The notes: generated by a model from the letters alone, not told the origin. A stretch of 64,000 nt of DNA from an uncultured virus (IMG/VR IMGVR_UViG_3300025951_000004) (IMGVR_UViG_3300025951_000004), one strand, 5' to 3'. Positions 1-9,395 are shown, numbered from the stretch's first letter. Numbers and translations: made by a program.

Positions 1-175
1 CGCTCCTGATCTTGGCCTCGTCCACAACGAGCGCAGCCGCGATCTCGCGGACCGATGGCGCGACGCCTGGGTTCACGAGCGTGCCGAAGGCGATCACATA
101 GCGGAGCCCGACCCACGGCGGCGGGAGCTTGACGAACCCGGGCAAGTTGAGCTGGTGCGCCGGGTAGTGGCTCAT
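1..175 (-). CDS. partial HTH-containing protein (possibly replication initiator N-terminus), runs off the window
   Basis: ATG at 175 overlaps the upstream TGA (ATGA); translates MSHYPAHQLNLPGFVKLP...PSVREIAAALVVDEAKIRS, which is HTH-like. Confidence 0.4.
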   Translation of the reverse strand, partial: MSHYPAHQLNLPGFVKLPPPWVGLRYVIAFGTLVNPGVAPSVREIAAALVVDEAKIRS

Positions 176-1269
176 GGCATCCGCGCCTTGAAGAACGGGA
201 TCCCGTTGGCTTCGAGCCACTCGTCGGACTCGGCCCCCGGGCGCTCGTCCCAATTCCGATCCGCGATCGGCCTCAACATGAATGTCGCACTCGGCTCCCC
301 GCACCCGCGCAGCCACATGAATGCCGAGTACGGCTTGTCGTCCTGTCCCTCGCCGCGACCGCGATGGCCGATCGAGCTGGGCACCTCGTAGACGACGGCG
401 TAGGGATAGTCGATCCGCGTCAGCCAGCCCGAGCTCGTCTTCGTGTAGCACTGCTGGGTCGCGTACAACACGACCGCTGGAGCGCACTCGAGGCAGAGCG
501 CCGGCATCGACATCGACGGATCGTACTCGGCCCGCTCGGGGTAATCGCCGGCCGCAACCGCCAAGTCGGTCAGCCGCTTGCGTTCCTTCGCCTCGACCTT
601 CGTGATGGTCGGTACTCCTCCCGACTTCTTCGGCGGGCCGGATGCTCGAGGCCATTCAGCCCGCGTGGCCGCGCGCGCTTGGGAGAATGCCGGGTTGCCG
701 ATGATCAGGTCGTACTCGCGCTTGTCCTTGCCCCAGACCCACTCGCAGCGCTCGTCCTGCACCATGCCGAGCGCGGTGTGCCAGTCGCCGATGATGACCT
801 CGTCGGCGTGGCGGACGAGATTCGGAAGCTCGTCGGGCTCGTAGTCCACCGCGGTGATGTTGACCTCGAATCCAAGCAACGCGGCGAAGCGGCGGACCTC
901 CGATGCCCACACGCCACCGCCCGCGCAGATGTCGAGCATCCGGATCACGCGGCGGTGGCCATCTACCTCGATGAACGGCCCGCCATCGCGTCCGGCGGAG
1001 TCTCCCCAGCCGCCGAGCGACGCCTTGCCATCGGCCATAAATATCGCCGGCCAGGCCGTGTACTCGGATCCTACGAGCGCAATGCTGCCGGCGCGCGCGT
1101 CGATCCGGAGGCGAAGCACGGACTCGACCACCGCTCGAGCCACGAACCTTGGCGTGAAGTCGGCCTCGCGCTCGCGCAGCCTCGCGACGATCGCGACCTT
1201 GCGGGCGAAGGTCGCGGCAACATCGGCTCGCTCGGCAGCCTCGAGAGCTGGGAATAGCACGTCGCTCAC
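172..1269 (-). CDS. putative amino-(N6-adenine) DNA methyltransferase
   Basis: SAM-binding motif LDICAGGG followed by catalytic-type IIGNPAF. Confidence 0.65.
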   Translation of the reverse strand: MSDVLFPALEAAERADVAATFARKVAIVARLREREADFTPRFVARAVVESVLRLRIDARAGSIALVGSEYTAWPAIFMADGKASLGGWGDSAGRDGGPFIEVDGHRRVIRMLDICAGGGVWASEVRRFAALLGFEVNITAVDYEPDELPNLVRHADEVIIGDWHTALGMVQDERCEWVWGKDKREYDLIIGNPAFSQARAATRAEWPRASGPPKKSGGVPTITKVEAKERKRLTDLAVAAGDYPERAEYDPSMSMPALCLECAPAVVLYATQQCYTKTSSGWLTRIDYPYAVVYEVPSSIGHRGRGEGQDDKPYSAFMWLRGCGEPSATFMLRPIADRNWDERPGAESDEWLEANGIPFFKARMP

Positions 1270-1511
1270 GGGTTCTCACCTCCGCCGCGCTGCCAGCCGA
1301 TGATGTACCAGCGGCCAGCCGCGGTGAGTTGATACGTGTAGGACTCTGATGGTACTGGCTCAAGGAGCCCGCGATCCGAGAGGGCGTTTATCGTGGTTTC
1401 GCGAGCTGCGGCGGATCCGGGTGTCCAGTTGGTCCAACCAGCGAACACGATCTTGTCGTGCTCGTATGCGGTCACGAGGGCCCGGTGTTGCGCAACGGTG
1501 AGCGGCTTCAT
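1266..1511 (-). CDS. small winged-helix-like hypothetical protein
   Basis: TINALSDRGLLE...YQLTAAG; 4-nt overlaps with neighbours. Confidence 0.55.
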   Translation of the reverse strand: MKPLTVAQHRALVTAYEHDKIVFAGWTNWTPGSAAARETTINALSDRGLLEPVPSESYTYQLTAAGRWYIIGWQRGGGENP

Positions 1512-1936
1512 GGCTCGGCCTTGGGAACCCGCGACTCGACCACGCTGGCACCGGCCTCTCGGATCGCTACGAGGACATCGAGTTCGCTGTCTCCGCTGAT
1601 CGCCGCGGCGATGCGGATCGTCGACTGGATCCGCAGGCGCATTTGCACGCTGCCCTCCGCAGCGCTATCCGCCCACTCGGGCATCGACATGTCTCGGCCG
1701 CCGAGTTTCCTGGCCTGCTCGGACCACGCCTGCACGTGCTTCCACGTCACGCCGGATCGCCGGATGTCGTCGAGCTCGACGGCTACTCGCCGGCGGTGCC
1801 AGTCGCGGTCGTTCAAAAGTTCGCGGATCAACGGGAAGGACACGAAGCCAGAGTTTCCACGAGCCACTCGCTCGCGGAGTTCTGCGAGCCTCGCGGATTT
1901 GATTTGACGCAGACCACCGCTCATGGCTACTTGCAC
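1508..1936 (-). CDS. hypothetical protein
   Basis: ORF in a tightly coupled minus-strand run. Confidence 0.5.
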   Translation of the reverse strand: MQVAMSGGLRQIKSARLAELRERVARGNSGFVSFPLIRELLNDRDWHRRRVAVELDDIRRSGVTWKHVQAWSEQARKLGGRDMSMPEWADSAAEGSVQMRLRIQSTIRIAAAISGDSELDVLVAIREAGASVVESRVPKAEP

Positions 1937-2190
1937 CCCTTGATCGGCTCACCCCGGATGAGTCGGCCGACGACCAAGCGGCGGCCATCCTCGTGCGTGA
2001 GCCTGGTGGTAGCCGTGAGCTGGTCGATGTACGAGATGGCCTCATCGATGTCGCCGCCAACTGCCATGACCTGCGCCTTCGTTTCCTCGCGGGCAGCGGG
2101 GGTTTCGAGCGAATCCAGCACGCTATCCTTCACGGATTTGAAGCCATCGCGCTTGAGTTTCACGATCCTGGTGCGGTCGTTCATGCCCAT
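1927..2190 (-). CDS. hypothetical protein
   Basis: ORF with upstream GGAGG RBS. Confidence 0.55.
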   Translation of the reverse strand: MGMNDRTRIVKLKRDGFKSVKDSVLDSLETPAAREETKAQVMAVGGDIDEAISYIDQLTATTRLTHEDGRRLVVGRLIRGEPIKGCK

Positions 2191-2210
2191 CGAACAGGCG
2201 ACCTCCTTGC

Positions 2211-2618
2211 CTATTCCTTCTCGCGCCTGGGTCGATAGAACGACCCAGGATCGACGCCGAGCAGCTCAGCCCAGCGCAGCAACATCGCAGCCCCTGGCCA
2301 GATCAACGCCGCGGGGCCCTTGGTCGGCGACGGGTGCGTGTACTTCCTGATGTTGGCGAGCGCTGCCGCGTAGGCCTGGCCACCCCAGAGCTGGCCAGCG
2401 AATTCGCCCAGCGAAATGCCCCGCGTCTCGAGGAAGGCGAGAAGGTTCGCGCCGGGCCGCCGCCTGATGTCAGCCTCGAGCAGCTCCGCGAGATCGCCTT
2501 GCCAATGGCAGCTCCGACACCACGCCGCGCTGAACTCGGACTCGACAGCGTCAGCATCGCAGAACGGGCATGTTGGATGTTCTCGCGCTGGGGATCCGTC
2601 TTCTTTCCAGAAGCTCAT
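2211..2618 (-). CDS. Zn-ribbon plus XRE-like HTH protein
   Basis: CPFC..CRSC, then LETRGISLGEFAGQL...LLRWAELLGVDP; ATG at 2618 overlaps the sigma factor stop. Confidence 0.6.
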   Translation of the reverse strand: MSFWKEDGSPAREHPTCPFCDADAVESEFSAAWCRSCHWQGDLAELLEADIRRRPGANLLAFLETRGISLGEFAGQLWGGQAYAAALANIRKYTHPSPTKGPAALIWPGAAMLLRWAELLGVDPGSFYRPRREKE

Positions 2619-3274
2619 CGCGACCTCATCCTGGTGGGCATCCTCGTCTCGGGCTCGCCTTCCTCGAGCAGACCGCTCTCGATCGCGTGGGACCGAAGCA
2701 GCTTGTGCAGGATCTGGCGCCCACGGTAGATGCGGCTCATCACCGTCCCGATCGGGCACTCGATGATCTCGGCGATCTCCTTGTAGGAGAGACCATCGAG
2801 ATCGGCGAGCGTGACCGCGAGCCGATAGTCGGGCGGCAGCGCGTCGAGAGCCTCGCGGATCTTGATCAGCGTGACTTGGCCGCTCACGACCTCCTCGGGT
2901 CCGGGCGGCTGGCTGGTCGAGTTGGCGACCGCGACGCCGGGGCCGAGCGAGATCATCTGCGCGTTGACGTCGGCGTGGAAGCTGCTCGCCTTCATCTTGC
3001 GGTGGTAGCCGTTGATGAAGGTGTTGCGCAGGATCGTGAACATCCACGCTTTGATGTTCGTGCCGCGCTGAAAGGTGTCCCAGAACCGCCACGCACGGAC
3101 CAGTGTGTCTTGCACGAGGTCCTCGGCCTCGGCGTGGTCGCGGGTCATCTTCAGCGCAGCGCCGAATAGGGTTCCGCTCAGCGGAACCACCACCGATTCG
3201 AATTCGCGACGAACCTTCACGGCTTCGATGTGGGGGATGCTCGGCAGCTCGAGCACCAGCTGCTCGCAGTTCAT
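2615..3274 (-). CDS. ECF-family RNA polymerase sigma-70 factor
   Basis: Region 2 AEDLVQDTLVRAW...KAWMFTILRNTFIN and region 4 GLSYKEIAEIIECPIGTVMSRIYRGR. Confidence 0.95.
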   Translation of the reverse strand: MNCEQLVLELPSIPHIEAVKVRREFESVVVPLSGTLFGAALKMTRDHAEAEDLVQDTLVRAWRFWDTFQRGTNIKAWMFTILRNTFINGYHRKMKASSFHADVNAQMISLGPGVAVANSTSQPPGPEEVVSGQVTLIKIREALDALPPDYRLAVTLADLDGLSYKEIAEIIECPIGTVMSRIYRGRQILHKLLRSHAIESGLLEEGEPETRMPTRMRSR

Positions 3275-3906
3275 CGCGTGGCCCTCCTGGCGACGATGAG
3301 GTTGGTACCAGAGATCTGCGAGATCAGCTCGAGCCGCTCGCGGGCCGAGGCTCCAATCGTGATGCCACTCGCAGGATTGACGAGAGCCCGGCCGCTGAGC
3401 GCGGCGAGCAGAGCGGCGTCGAGCATCCGCATCTCTCCGTCAACATGAGTCTTGGGCATGGACGTGATCGTGATCGACAGCTTGCGCTTGCCCTTGCCGA
3501 CGCGGACGGACCACTCGTCGCCGGTGCGCCGCAGCAGGAGATCGCGCAGCATCGCTACAGTCCTTTGGACGTCGGTGATCACATCGGTCATCCGGCGCAG
3601 CTCGAGGTCGTCAAGCTGCACCGGCTCCGGCATCGTAGCGAGGATGGCCTTCGCCACGATGATCTGGATCGCTATGTCGATCCTCGTGGTCGCTCCGCTC
3701 TCGCTCCCGTACGACCAGCGGATCCGCTGGCGCGCGCTCGCGGTGATGGGCTCCGGCGTCGGGCCGATGCTCGCCTTCATGCCGGCGACCGTCATCTCGA
3801 CGACTCGCTCGAGGCGAGCCCCGCTCGCGCGCAGTCGATAGAGGAGCTGGAGATCGGCGGGCCGCATCGTGGGCCGCGGAGGTAGGTACTTCGTGGTCTC
3901 GGTCAT
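3271..3906 (-). CDS. hypothetical protein
   Basis: ORF MTETTKYLPPRP... downstream of a putative promoter/operator. Confidence 0.6.
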   Translation of the reverse strand: MTETTKYLPPRPTMRPADLQLLYRLRASGARLERVVEMTVAGMKASIGPTPEPITASARQRIRWSYGSESGATTRIDIAIQIIVAKAILATMPEPVQLDDLELRRMTDVITDVQRTVAMLRDLLLRRTGDEWSVRVGKGKRKLSITITSMPKTHVDGEMRMLDAALLAALSGRALVNPASGITIGASARERLELISQISGTNLIVARRATR

Positions 3907-3916
3907 CGCGTCCTTC

Positions 3917-3946
3917 ATAGTATTATGTGTACTATTCCGCAAGAGG
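3917..3946 (-). promoter_or_regulatory. putative operator/promoter ATAGTA-N7-TACTAT plus TTGCG (copy 1)
   Basis: AT-rich inverted repeat in an intergenic gap, repeated at 8349-8378. Confidence 0.6.
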
Positions 3947-3980
3947 GGCGATGAAGAATCACGGCATGTGTGTTCGGTGG

Positions 3981-4607
3981 TCACTCTTCGGGCTCCCATG
4001 CCCGCGAGAATTCGCGTTCCGTGAAGAGCTCGGCAAGGCCGGTGATCTGCTTGAGGCGCAAGACCTCGTCATGATCCATGCCCAGCTCCTTGGCGATGCG
4101 CTGCTCGGACCACTTCTTCCGGGTCAACTCCTGTACGATATTGCTCATCCCCTCGACTTGGTGTTTTCCGCGGGCGCGGTTGTGCCGGATCGTCGCGGCC
4201 ATTCGATCACCGATGTCGGTCCGTGAGGAGTTGACGGTCGTGACGGGCAAGTAGCCCAGCGTCCTCTTGCGGATCGGCTTGCTGTTGCGCCCCACCTCTG
4301 ATCGGTGGAAGCCGTCCACGGTCTCTCGCCGCTCGCCGTCCATCCACGTGACCACCGGCTGGGTATAGCCATCCTCGAGGATCGAGTGCTCGAGCAGGCG
4401 CATCTCGGGCGGGGCGGTCGTGTTGGGGTTGTAGTCGTTGGCCTCGACGTCGTCGGCCTTGACCCAGACCACGAGGTCGACGGGCTCGGCCCGCATCGGG
4501 CTCACCGCATGCAGGGCGGTGCGGATCCGATTGAGCGTCGTGATCCTGTCGTCGACCGCCAATCCCTCGAGCTCGCTGACGATCGACTTCACCAGTTCGT
4601 CGATCAC
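3981..4607 (-). CDS. ibrB: IbrB/YbdM-like ParB-nuclease-domain protein
   Basis: ANDYNPN...PPEMRLLEHSILEDGYTQPVV...VDGFHR...ATIRHNRARGKH; GTG start overlaps the GNAT stop. Confidence 0.85.
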   Translation of the reverse strand: MIDELVKSIVSELEGLAVDDRITTLNRIRTALHAVSPMRAEPVDLVVWVKADDVEANDYNPNTTAPPEMRLLEHSILEDGYTQPVVTWMDGERRETVDGFHRSEVGRNSKPIRKRTLGYLPVTTVNSSRTDIGDRMAATIRHNRARGKHQVEGMSNIVQELTRKKWSEQRIAKELGMDHDEVLRLKQITGLAELFTEREFSRAWEPEE

Positions 4608-5008
4608 AGTGTCAACTCCCCGTAGACCCAAGACCCACGCTGGCTGGACTTCCGCCAGCCACGCTGCTTGTACTTTGACCACCGATCGGCTCGAACGGCG
4701 ACCCGAAGCGGAAGATCAGGATGGTCTACTCGGGCGGTGTCGATGCGCATCTGTGCGAGGCCGGCGAATACACCCTTCCCCCGCTCGGACTCGACGACAA
4801 ATCCGTAGTCGAGCCACACGGCAGCGGCGGTTGGACGCATCGAAGCGAACCCGATCACGCGGCCGCGCTCCGTGGCAATCCACCAGTGCATGCCGGGAGT
4901 ACTGAAGATCGGGCCGCCGATCTCCTTGTGGACGGCGCGAGAGCAGAAGTTCTCCCCCATGAGTGACCAGAGTGCGGCGTCACCGTGAGTTAGATGAACG
5001 GTTTTCAT
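4604..5008 (-). CDS. GNAT-family acetyltransferase
   Basis: VIGFASM...GFVVESERGKGVF (acetyl-CoA motif A)...YKQRGW. Confidence 0.7.
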   Translation of the reverse strand: MKTVHLTHGDAALWSLMGENFCSRAVHKEIGGPIFSTPGMHWWIATERGRVIGFASMRPTAAAVWLDYGFVVESERGKGVFAGLAQMRIDTARVDHPDLPLRVAVRADRWSKYKQRGWRKSSQRGSWVYGELTL

Positions 5009-6198
5009 AATATCCCCCATGTCGCACGGTTCTTCCGCATGATCTTCTTGTAGCGCTCGTAGGCCTGCGGCTTCTGAGCTGAGAAGCTCAGTCCCTGGCA
5101 CCAGTAGTCGTTGCGCAGGAGCACCTTGCAGATCCTCCGCCACGATGGGACATCCTTGCTCCCCGTGTCGTTGGGCTGCTCGTCCGGCACCTGGACCAGC
5201 AGCTTTGCGGTGCAATACCAGATGTAGCGCGAGATCTTGTCGCGGTAGTGCTCGGCGGTCGTATGCGGCATCGTGTCGAGCAGCAGCATCGCGAACGACT
5301 GCCAAGTGTGCCCTTCGGGCAGGTCGATCTTCTGATTCCCTAGGATGTTGCCGCGATCGCCAGCGTAGAGCGCACCCGAGTTCGCCCCGGCAACGCGCGC
5401 GCAGACCTTGGCCCACGTCTGCGGCTCGATCGCGTGGAAAAGCCACAGCCCTCGGCGCTGCTCGTCACCGTAGGGCTCGCAGATCCGCATGTTATGCGGT
5501 GGCACTCCGGCCTCGTGCATGCGGTCGTATATCCGGTTGTACGGCTTCTTCGTCCGCGCGAAGTAGGTCCACACGTCAGCCGTCAACCAGTCGTAGATCG
5601 GGTAGACGTTGAAGCACCCGCCGCCCTTCCATGCGGTCCAAGGCTTCCCCTCGAGCCTCGACTTGCGCTTACGCGCAATGGCGCGCCAGCGGTTGAGGCT
5701 CTCTGCTGTCCGAATGCCCACGAACTGCGCAGCTGGCTCATCGGCGGCATACCACCTGCCCCACCGCTCGACGAAGTGCTCGAAGGTGATCTCAGGGTAG
5801 TACCAGGGCAGCACGGAAGGATCCGTGATCGCATTGGCTGGAGGCTCTCGCACCCACATGGCCCGTTTGGCCGGGTCCCAGCATGTCCATTCGGGCTCGA
5901 CCTGCGAGCAGGCGTTCGTGGTCGTCATCGGCAGCGCAACCCACCATGGCTCGATGTGCTCCGCATAGGTATCGAACATCTCCGCGACATGATCGATGGT
6001 CAGCTTGTACTGTGCTTCCCAATCCATGAAGAGCACTGCCACCTTGCGCCCGCGCTCGATCGCCGCCTCCATCACGAGATGGAGCATTACGGTTGAGTCC
6101 TTTCCGCCCGAGAAGCTCACGCAGATCTTGGGAAAGGTATCGAATGTCCACGCGATACGTTGACGGGCCGCGGTGAGCACGTCGATGTCGAGGATCAT
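5005..6198 (-). CDS. ibrA: IbrA/YbdN-like phosphoadenosine phosphosulfate reductase (DUF3440) protein
   Basis: PP-loop SFSGGKDS, VGIRTAESLNR, YPIYDW, MRICEPYGDEQRRGL, SWRRICKVLLRNDYWC. Confidence 0.9.
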   Translation of the reverse strand: MILDIDVLTAARQRIAWTFDTFPKICVSFSGGKDSTVMLHLVMEAAIERGRKVAVLFMDWEAQYKLTIDHVAEMFDTYAEHIEPWWVALPMTTTNACSQVEPEWTCWDPAKRAMWVREPPANAITDPSVLPWYYPEITFEHFVERWGRWYAADEPAAQFVGIRTAESLNRWRAIARKRKSRLEGKPWTAWKGGGCFNVYPIYDWLTADVWTYFARTKKPYNRIYDRMHEAGVPPHNMRICEPYGDEQRRGLWLFHAIEPQTWAKVCARVAGANSGALYAGDRGNILGNQKIDLPEGHTWQSFAMLLLDTMPHTTAEHYRDKISRYIWYCTAKLLVQVPDEQPNDTGSKDVPSWRRICKVLLRNDYWCQGLSFSAQKPQAYERYKKIMRKNRATWGIL

Positions 6199-6203
6199 AC
6201 GAC

Positions 6204-6779
6204 CTACCGTAGCCACTTCCACGCCTCTTCCTGGTCCAGCTTGACGACTTCGCCATTGGTGACACCGAGCAACCGATCGGCCAGTGCATAGACTTGGTGC
6301 TCGACAAGACGATACAGGCGCCGGCCGTCGCGGACAACCCACGGCATCGGCACTGGATACCCGAGCCCAAGCACTCGGGACAGTGGATCGCCTTCGTCGG
6401 CTACATGCATAGACACGCCGGTGACTCCTGCAATGCGGTCTAGTGCCTGCTCCGAGCTAATGGGCTCGGGGTCGCAGTCTCCGACCCATGCGAACTCTCG
6501 GGTGATGTGGCGTCGACTTGGCTTCCCCCGCAATCGCGAGACCTCGTAGATGTGGCCACGGCGCAGCATGAAGTGGGCAACTCGACCATAGATGTTGCCA
6601 CTCCTTGCTCGGTGAGCCTTTTCCCAGTCGTTGAATTGGGTCATGAACTCACGGGCCAATCCGTACTTTGGGTCAGGCCCATCGATGCGCGCAACCCAAG
6701 GCTTCGGTGCTCCTGCCAAGCCATGGATGTGCCCATCAATCTCGATTTTCAGCATGTACATGCCACCCGTGGCACTCAC
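6204..6779 (-). CDS. hypothetical phage protein
   Basis: KPWVARIDGPDPKYGLAREF motif; coupled to the ibrA-like gene. Confidence 0.6.
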   Translation of the reverse strand: MSATGGMYMLKIEIDGHIHGLAGAPKPWVARIDGPDPKYGLAREFMTQFNDWEKAHRARSGNIYGRVAHFMLRRGHIYEVSRLRGKPSRRHITREFAWVGDCDPEPISSEQALDRIAGVTGVSMHVADEGDPLSRVLGLGYPVPMPWVVRDGRRLYRLVEHQVYALADRLLGVTNGEVVKLDQEEAWKWLR

Positions 6780-7144
6780 GCGAGAAACCCCTCGATGATC
6801 GTCTTGGCCTCGGCGGTGTCTCCGACGTCGACAAGGTGCAGTACCTCGAGGCCAGCGCAGGCATCGACGGTCAGGACGTCGGGCCCACGCGTCGCAGTGA
6901 ATCCTTGAGCGCGCTGGTCTGCTCGCGATCCGGTGAGCGGGGAGTTGAATGGTTCATCCCGCAACAACAGCGGCCGTCGGAAACCGTCGGACGACGCAGG
7001 CCCGCGGACCGACCAGCCAGCATAGCGGAGCGACTCGACGGCAGCGTAGACCTCTGCGGATCGCTGTGTCGCATGCTCGCACGTGGTGCGGGTATCACTC
7101 GTGATGGTCTGGGTGACAGTGGTAGTCAGAAATACGATGTTCAT
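6776..7144 (-). CDS. hypothetical protein
   Basis: ORF MNIVFLTTTVTQ...; its TGA overlaps the next start. Confidence 0.5.
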   Translation of the reverse strand: MNIVFLTTTVTQTITSDTRTTCEHATQRSAEVYAAVESLRYAGWSVRGPASSDGFRRPLLLRDEPFNSPLTGSRADQRAQGFTATRGPDVLTVDACAGLEVLHLVDVGDTAEAKTIIEGFLA

Positions 7145-7152
7145 GGTACCGC

Positions 7153-7178
7153 GGAGCAGTGGGTTGGAGCAGTGGGTT
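7153..7178. repeat. 13-bp tandem repeat GGAGCAGTGGGTT x2
   Basis: Seen directly in the intergenic gap. Confidence 0.7.
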
Positions 7179-7206
7179 GGGGCCAGGTTGGGGCCGGGTG
7201 AGATGA

Positions 7207-7713
7207 TCAGTCGTCGAACTCGTCGAAGGCACAGCGGGTGCAAAACCCTCGTGTCGTCGCCGGAGCGGTACACCCATGAGCCCGACAACGTCCGCGAGAA
7301 CGCGATTGGGTGGGATCGGCGGAAGATCGAGTTGAGACGATCGTGGTATTGCCGTCCACGCGCTCGACCTGGCTGACCACCGCGTCCCAACGCTTGCCCG
7401 AGCTCGCGCTGACGTGGACGGTGAGGCCGGGCTCGACGCCCGAGCTGGCGAACACCCGCACGCCCCAAGACCCATCGGCGAGTTTTGTCGGTGCGCCGCG
7501 CAGTTCGGCCGGAGCGGTAGCAATCAAGCTAAGCGCCTGCTCAGCCACGGCAGGCTTGCCGGTCCACCAGGCTTGCTGTTCCTGATCCCAGGTGCATCCA
7601 GCGTCGCGCAGAATGGTCTTGTAGGCGAAGGTGTTGCCGCGCAGATAGTAGCGGCGGCCGATCTTCTCGATCTGGATTTTGGCGGGGGTCGAGGGCGAGA
7701 TGGTCATGGTCAT
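7207..7713 (-). CDS. hypothetical phage protein
   Basis: GNTFAYKTILRDAGCTWD...AWW; GGAG RBS. Confidence 0.65.
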   Translation of the reverse strand: MTMTISPSTPAKIQIEKIGRRYYLRGNTFAYKTILRDAGCTWDQEQQAWWTGKPAVAEQALSLIATAPAELRGAPTKLADGSWGVRVFASSGVEPGLTVHVSASSGKRWDAVVSQVERVDGNTTIVSTRSSADPTQSRSRGRCRAHGCTAPATTRGFCTRCAFDEFDD

Positions 7714-7732
7714 GGTCTCCAGTCCATCGCGC

Positions 7733-8095
7733 TCAGCGCTGATGGTAGATGTCGGTGCGGGTGTTGGCCTCAAGGTCGAGCACGACGAAGGCGGGCGGAG
7801 GAACGCCGTGGAATGCCTCCATGCTGGCGAGCTCGGACTTGAAGTGCTCGATGTCCGGGAAGGTGATCACGGTGACATCGCCCTCGGCGAACACCACGAC
7901 CTGCCGTCGCTCGACGTGCACCCAGATCCCGAAATAGCTGGCATCCTGCTCCGTATCCCACTGCTTCCAGCCTCGCTCGCTGCGGCACAGATCGAAGTCG
8001 AAGCGGTAGCGATCGCCTCCGACGTGCTCGCGGAGCACGGCGTTGCCTCGATCGTTGGTCTCTTGGTCAGTCACTGCGGTGGTGGTGGTCGTCAT
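7733..8095 (-). CDS. hypothetical phage protein
   Basis: GWKQWDTEQDASYFGIWV...FAEGD; GGAG RBS. Confidence 0.7.
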   Translation of the reverse strand: MTTTTTAVTDQETNDRGNAVLREHVGGDRYRFDFDLCRSERGWKQWDTEQDASYFGIWVHVERRQVVVFAEGDVTVITFPDIEHFKSELASMEAFHGVPPPAFVVLDLEANTRTDIYHQR

Positions 8096-8129
8096 TTTCG
8101 TGGTCTCCAGAGGGGTGCGGGTGTGGGCC

Positions 8130-8339
8130 CTACTTGACCAGGCCGAACTTGCGGTCGGTCTCGCGCTGCTGCTCGGCGCGGGTCATCCGGGGCGGGCGCT
8201 TGCGAACGCCCATCGCGATGCCGCTGCTCCTGGCCAGTCGGGCGCTCCGCTCCGTCGCCACGTAGGGCTGCGGAGCAGGAACGCACGAGACGAAGGCGAC
8301 CAGCACGGGGAAGAAGATCGGTTGGAGTTGTCCGGCCAC
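8130..8339 (-). CDS. small hypothetical protein
   Basis: First ORF after operator copy 2. Confidence 0.35.
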   Translation of the reverse strand: MAGQLQPIFFPVLVAFVSCVPAPQPYVATERSARLARSSGIAMGVRKRPPRMTRAEQQRETDRKFGLVK

Positions 8340-8348
8340 GTCTCAGTC

Positions 8349-8378
8349 ATAGTATGAGCCGTACTATTACGCAAGAGG
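8349..8378 (-). promoter_or_regulatory. putative operator/promoter ATAGTA-N7-TACTAT plus TTGCG (copy 2)
   Basis: Same inverted repeat and flanking CGCAAGAGG as 3917-3946. Confidence 0.6.
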
Positions 8379-8660
8379 TGGACAAGAAAAATCTGCAAAC
8401 CGATGTTCCGCGCGAGCTGGCGCTCACCCCAGCGCGTGGTCTGGCCGCATGGGCAGGCGCTGATACGCGCAAGCTTGTGCACGCGGTACCGCTCTCGATC
8501 GGCAAGGAATGCACGCTTGACCGTCGCGGTATGGTCGGGCGATGCCCAACTCCGACTCCGAATGGCTGGCCGCTGCGCAGATCCGCAACGCTCGCGAGTA
8601 CGTTGACCTCGACGCGCTCGAGAACGCGTTCTGGCTCGACGCTGCGATGGGCGGCGCACC

Positions 8661-8977
8661 ATGACCGCGCTCGAGGACAAGATGTGGGCCGAGCGGCAGC
8701 AGCTCTGGCGGGAAGCCCGCGAAGTTCGCTCGAGCGGGCCGGCGAGGCGATCCTCGCGGCGGTCGAGGTCGTTTCGGGGGTCGAGCACGTTGCGGTCGAC
8801 CAGCTCCATAGCGACACCAGCGTGTTCATGGTGGTGGTCCGTGGTGGCGACGATCAGGACGTCGCGCGAGCTATCATCCGCGCCTTCCCGCAGGGCACGG
8901 TGACGACCGCCGGCAACACCAAGGTCGAGGTCGGCGACCAGGCCGTCTGGCTCTGCCGGCCTCGCCCAAGCGAATGA
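8661..8977 (+). pseudogene. frameshifted baseplate J-like C-terminal fragment
   Basis: EAILAAVEVVSGVEHVAV...FMVVVRGGDDQDVARAI...AGNTKVEV...RP; out of frame with the ATG at 8661. Confidence 0.45.
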
Positions 8978-8993
8978 TCGACGATGGCGACGG

Positions 8994-9395
8994 CTACCGG
9001 AGCAGTTCGCGGATCGGGGCCAGCATCTCGGCGACGTCGAGCCCGGCCTGTTCCTGCGCATCGTCGAGATCGATGTTCGGATCGTCGGCCGTGAGCCTGG
9101 CAACCTGGCGACGCTCGAGCAGCAAGCGGGCGATGTCCCACCAATCCTCGAGGTTCACCGCGCGTGGCGGTGGGAGCTTGCCGGCCGCTATTGCGTCTCG
9201 GTACTCGCGGCCAAGGCGGGCGAACTCGCCGGGATAGCGGGCGAGCCCCCACCGCTCCAAGAGCAGGAACGAGACTCCGAGTATCGGTGACCTTGAGTTG
9301 TCGTCGAGCGCGGGATCGTAGATGTCCGAGTCGGGCCGCAGGTCGAGCAGGGTGACGGCGCGACTGCGGCGATTGGGCTTGGTGGTCTGGCTCAT
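8994..9395 (-). CDS. hypothetical protein
   Basis: ORF with high GC3 codon usage. Confidence 0.55.
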   Translation of the reverse strand: MSQTTKPNRRSRAVTLLDLRPDSDIYDPALDDNSRSPILGVSFLLLERWGLARYPGEFARLGREYRDAIAAGKLPPPRAVNLEDWWDIARLLLERRQVARLTADDPNIDLDDAQEQAGLDVAEMLAPIRELLR

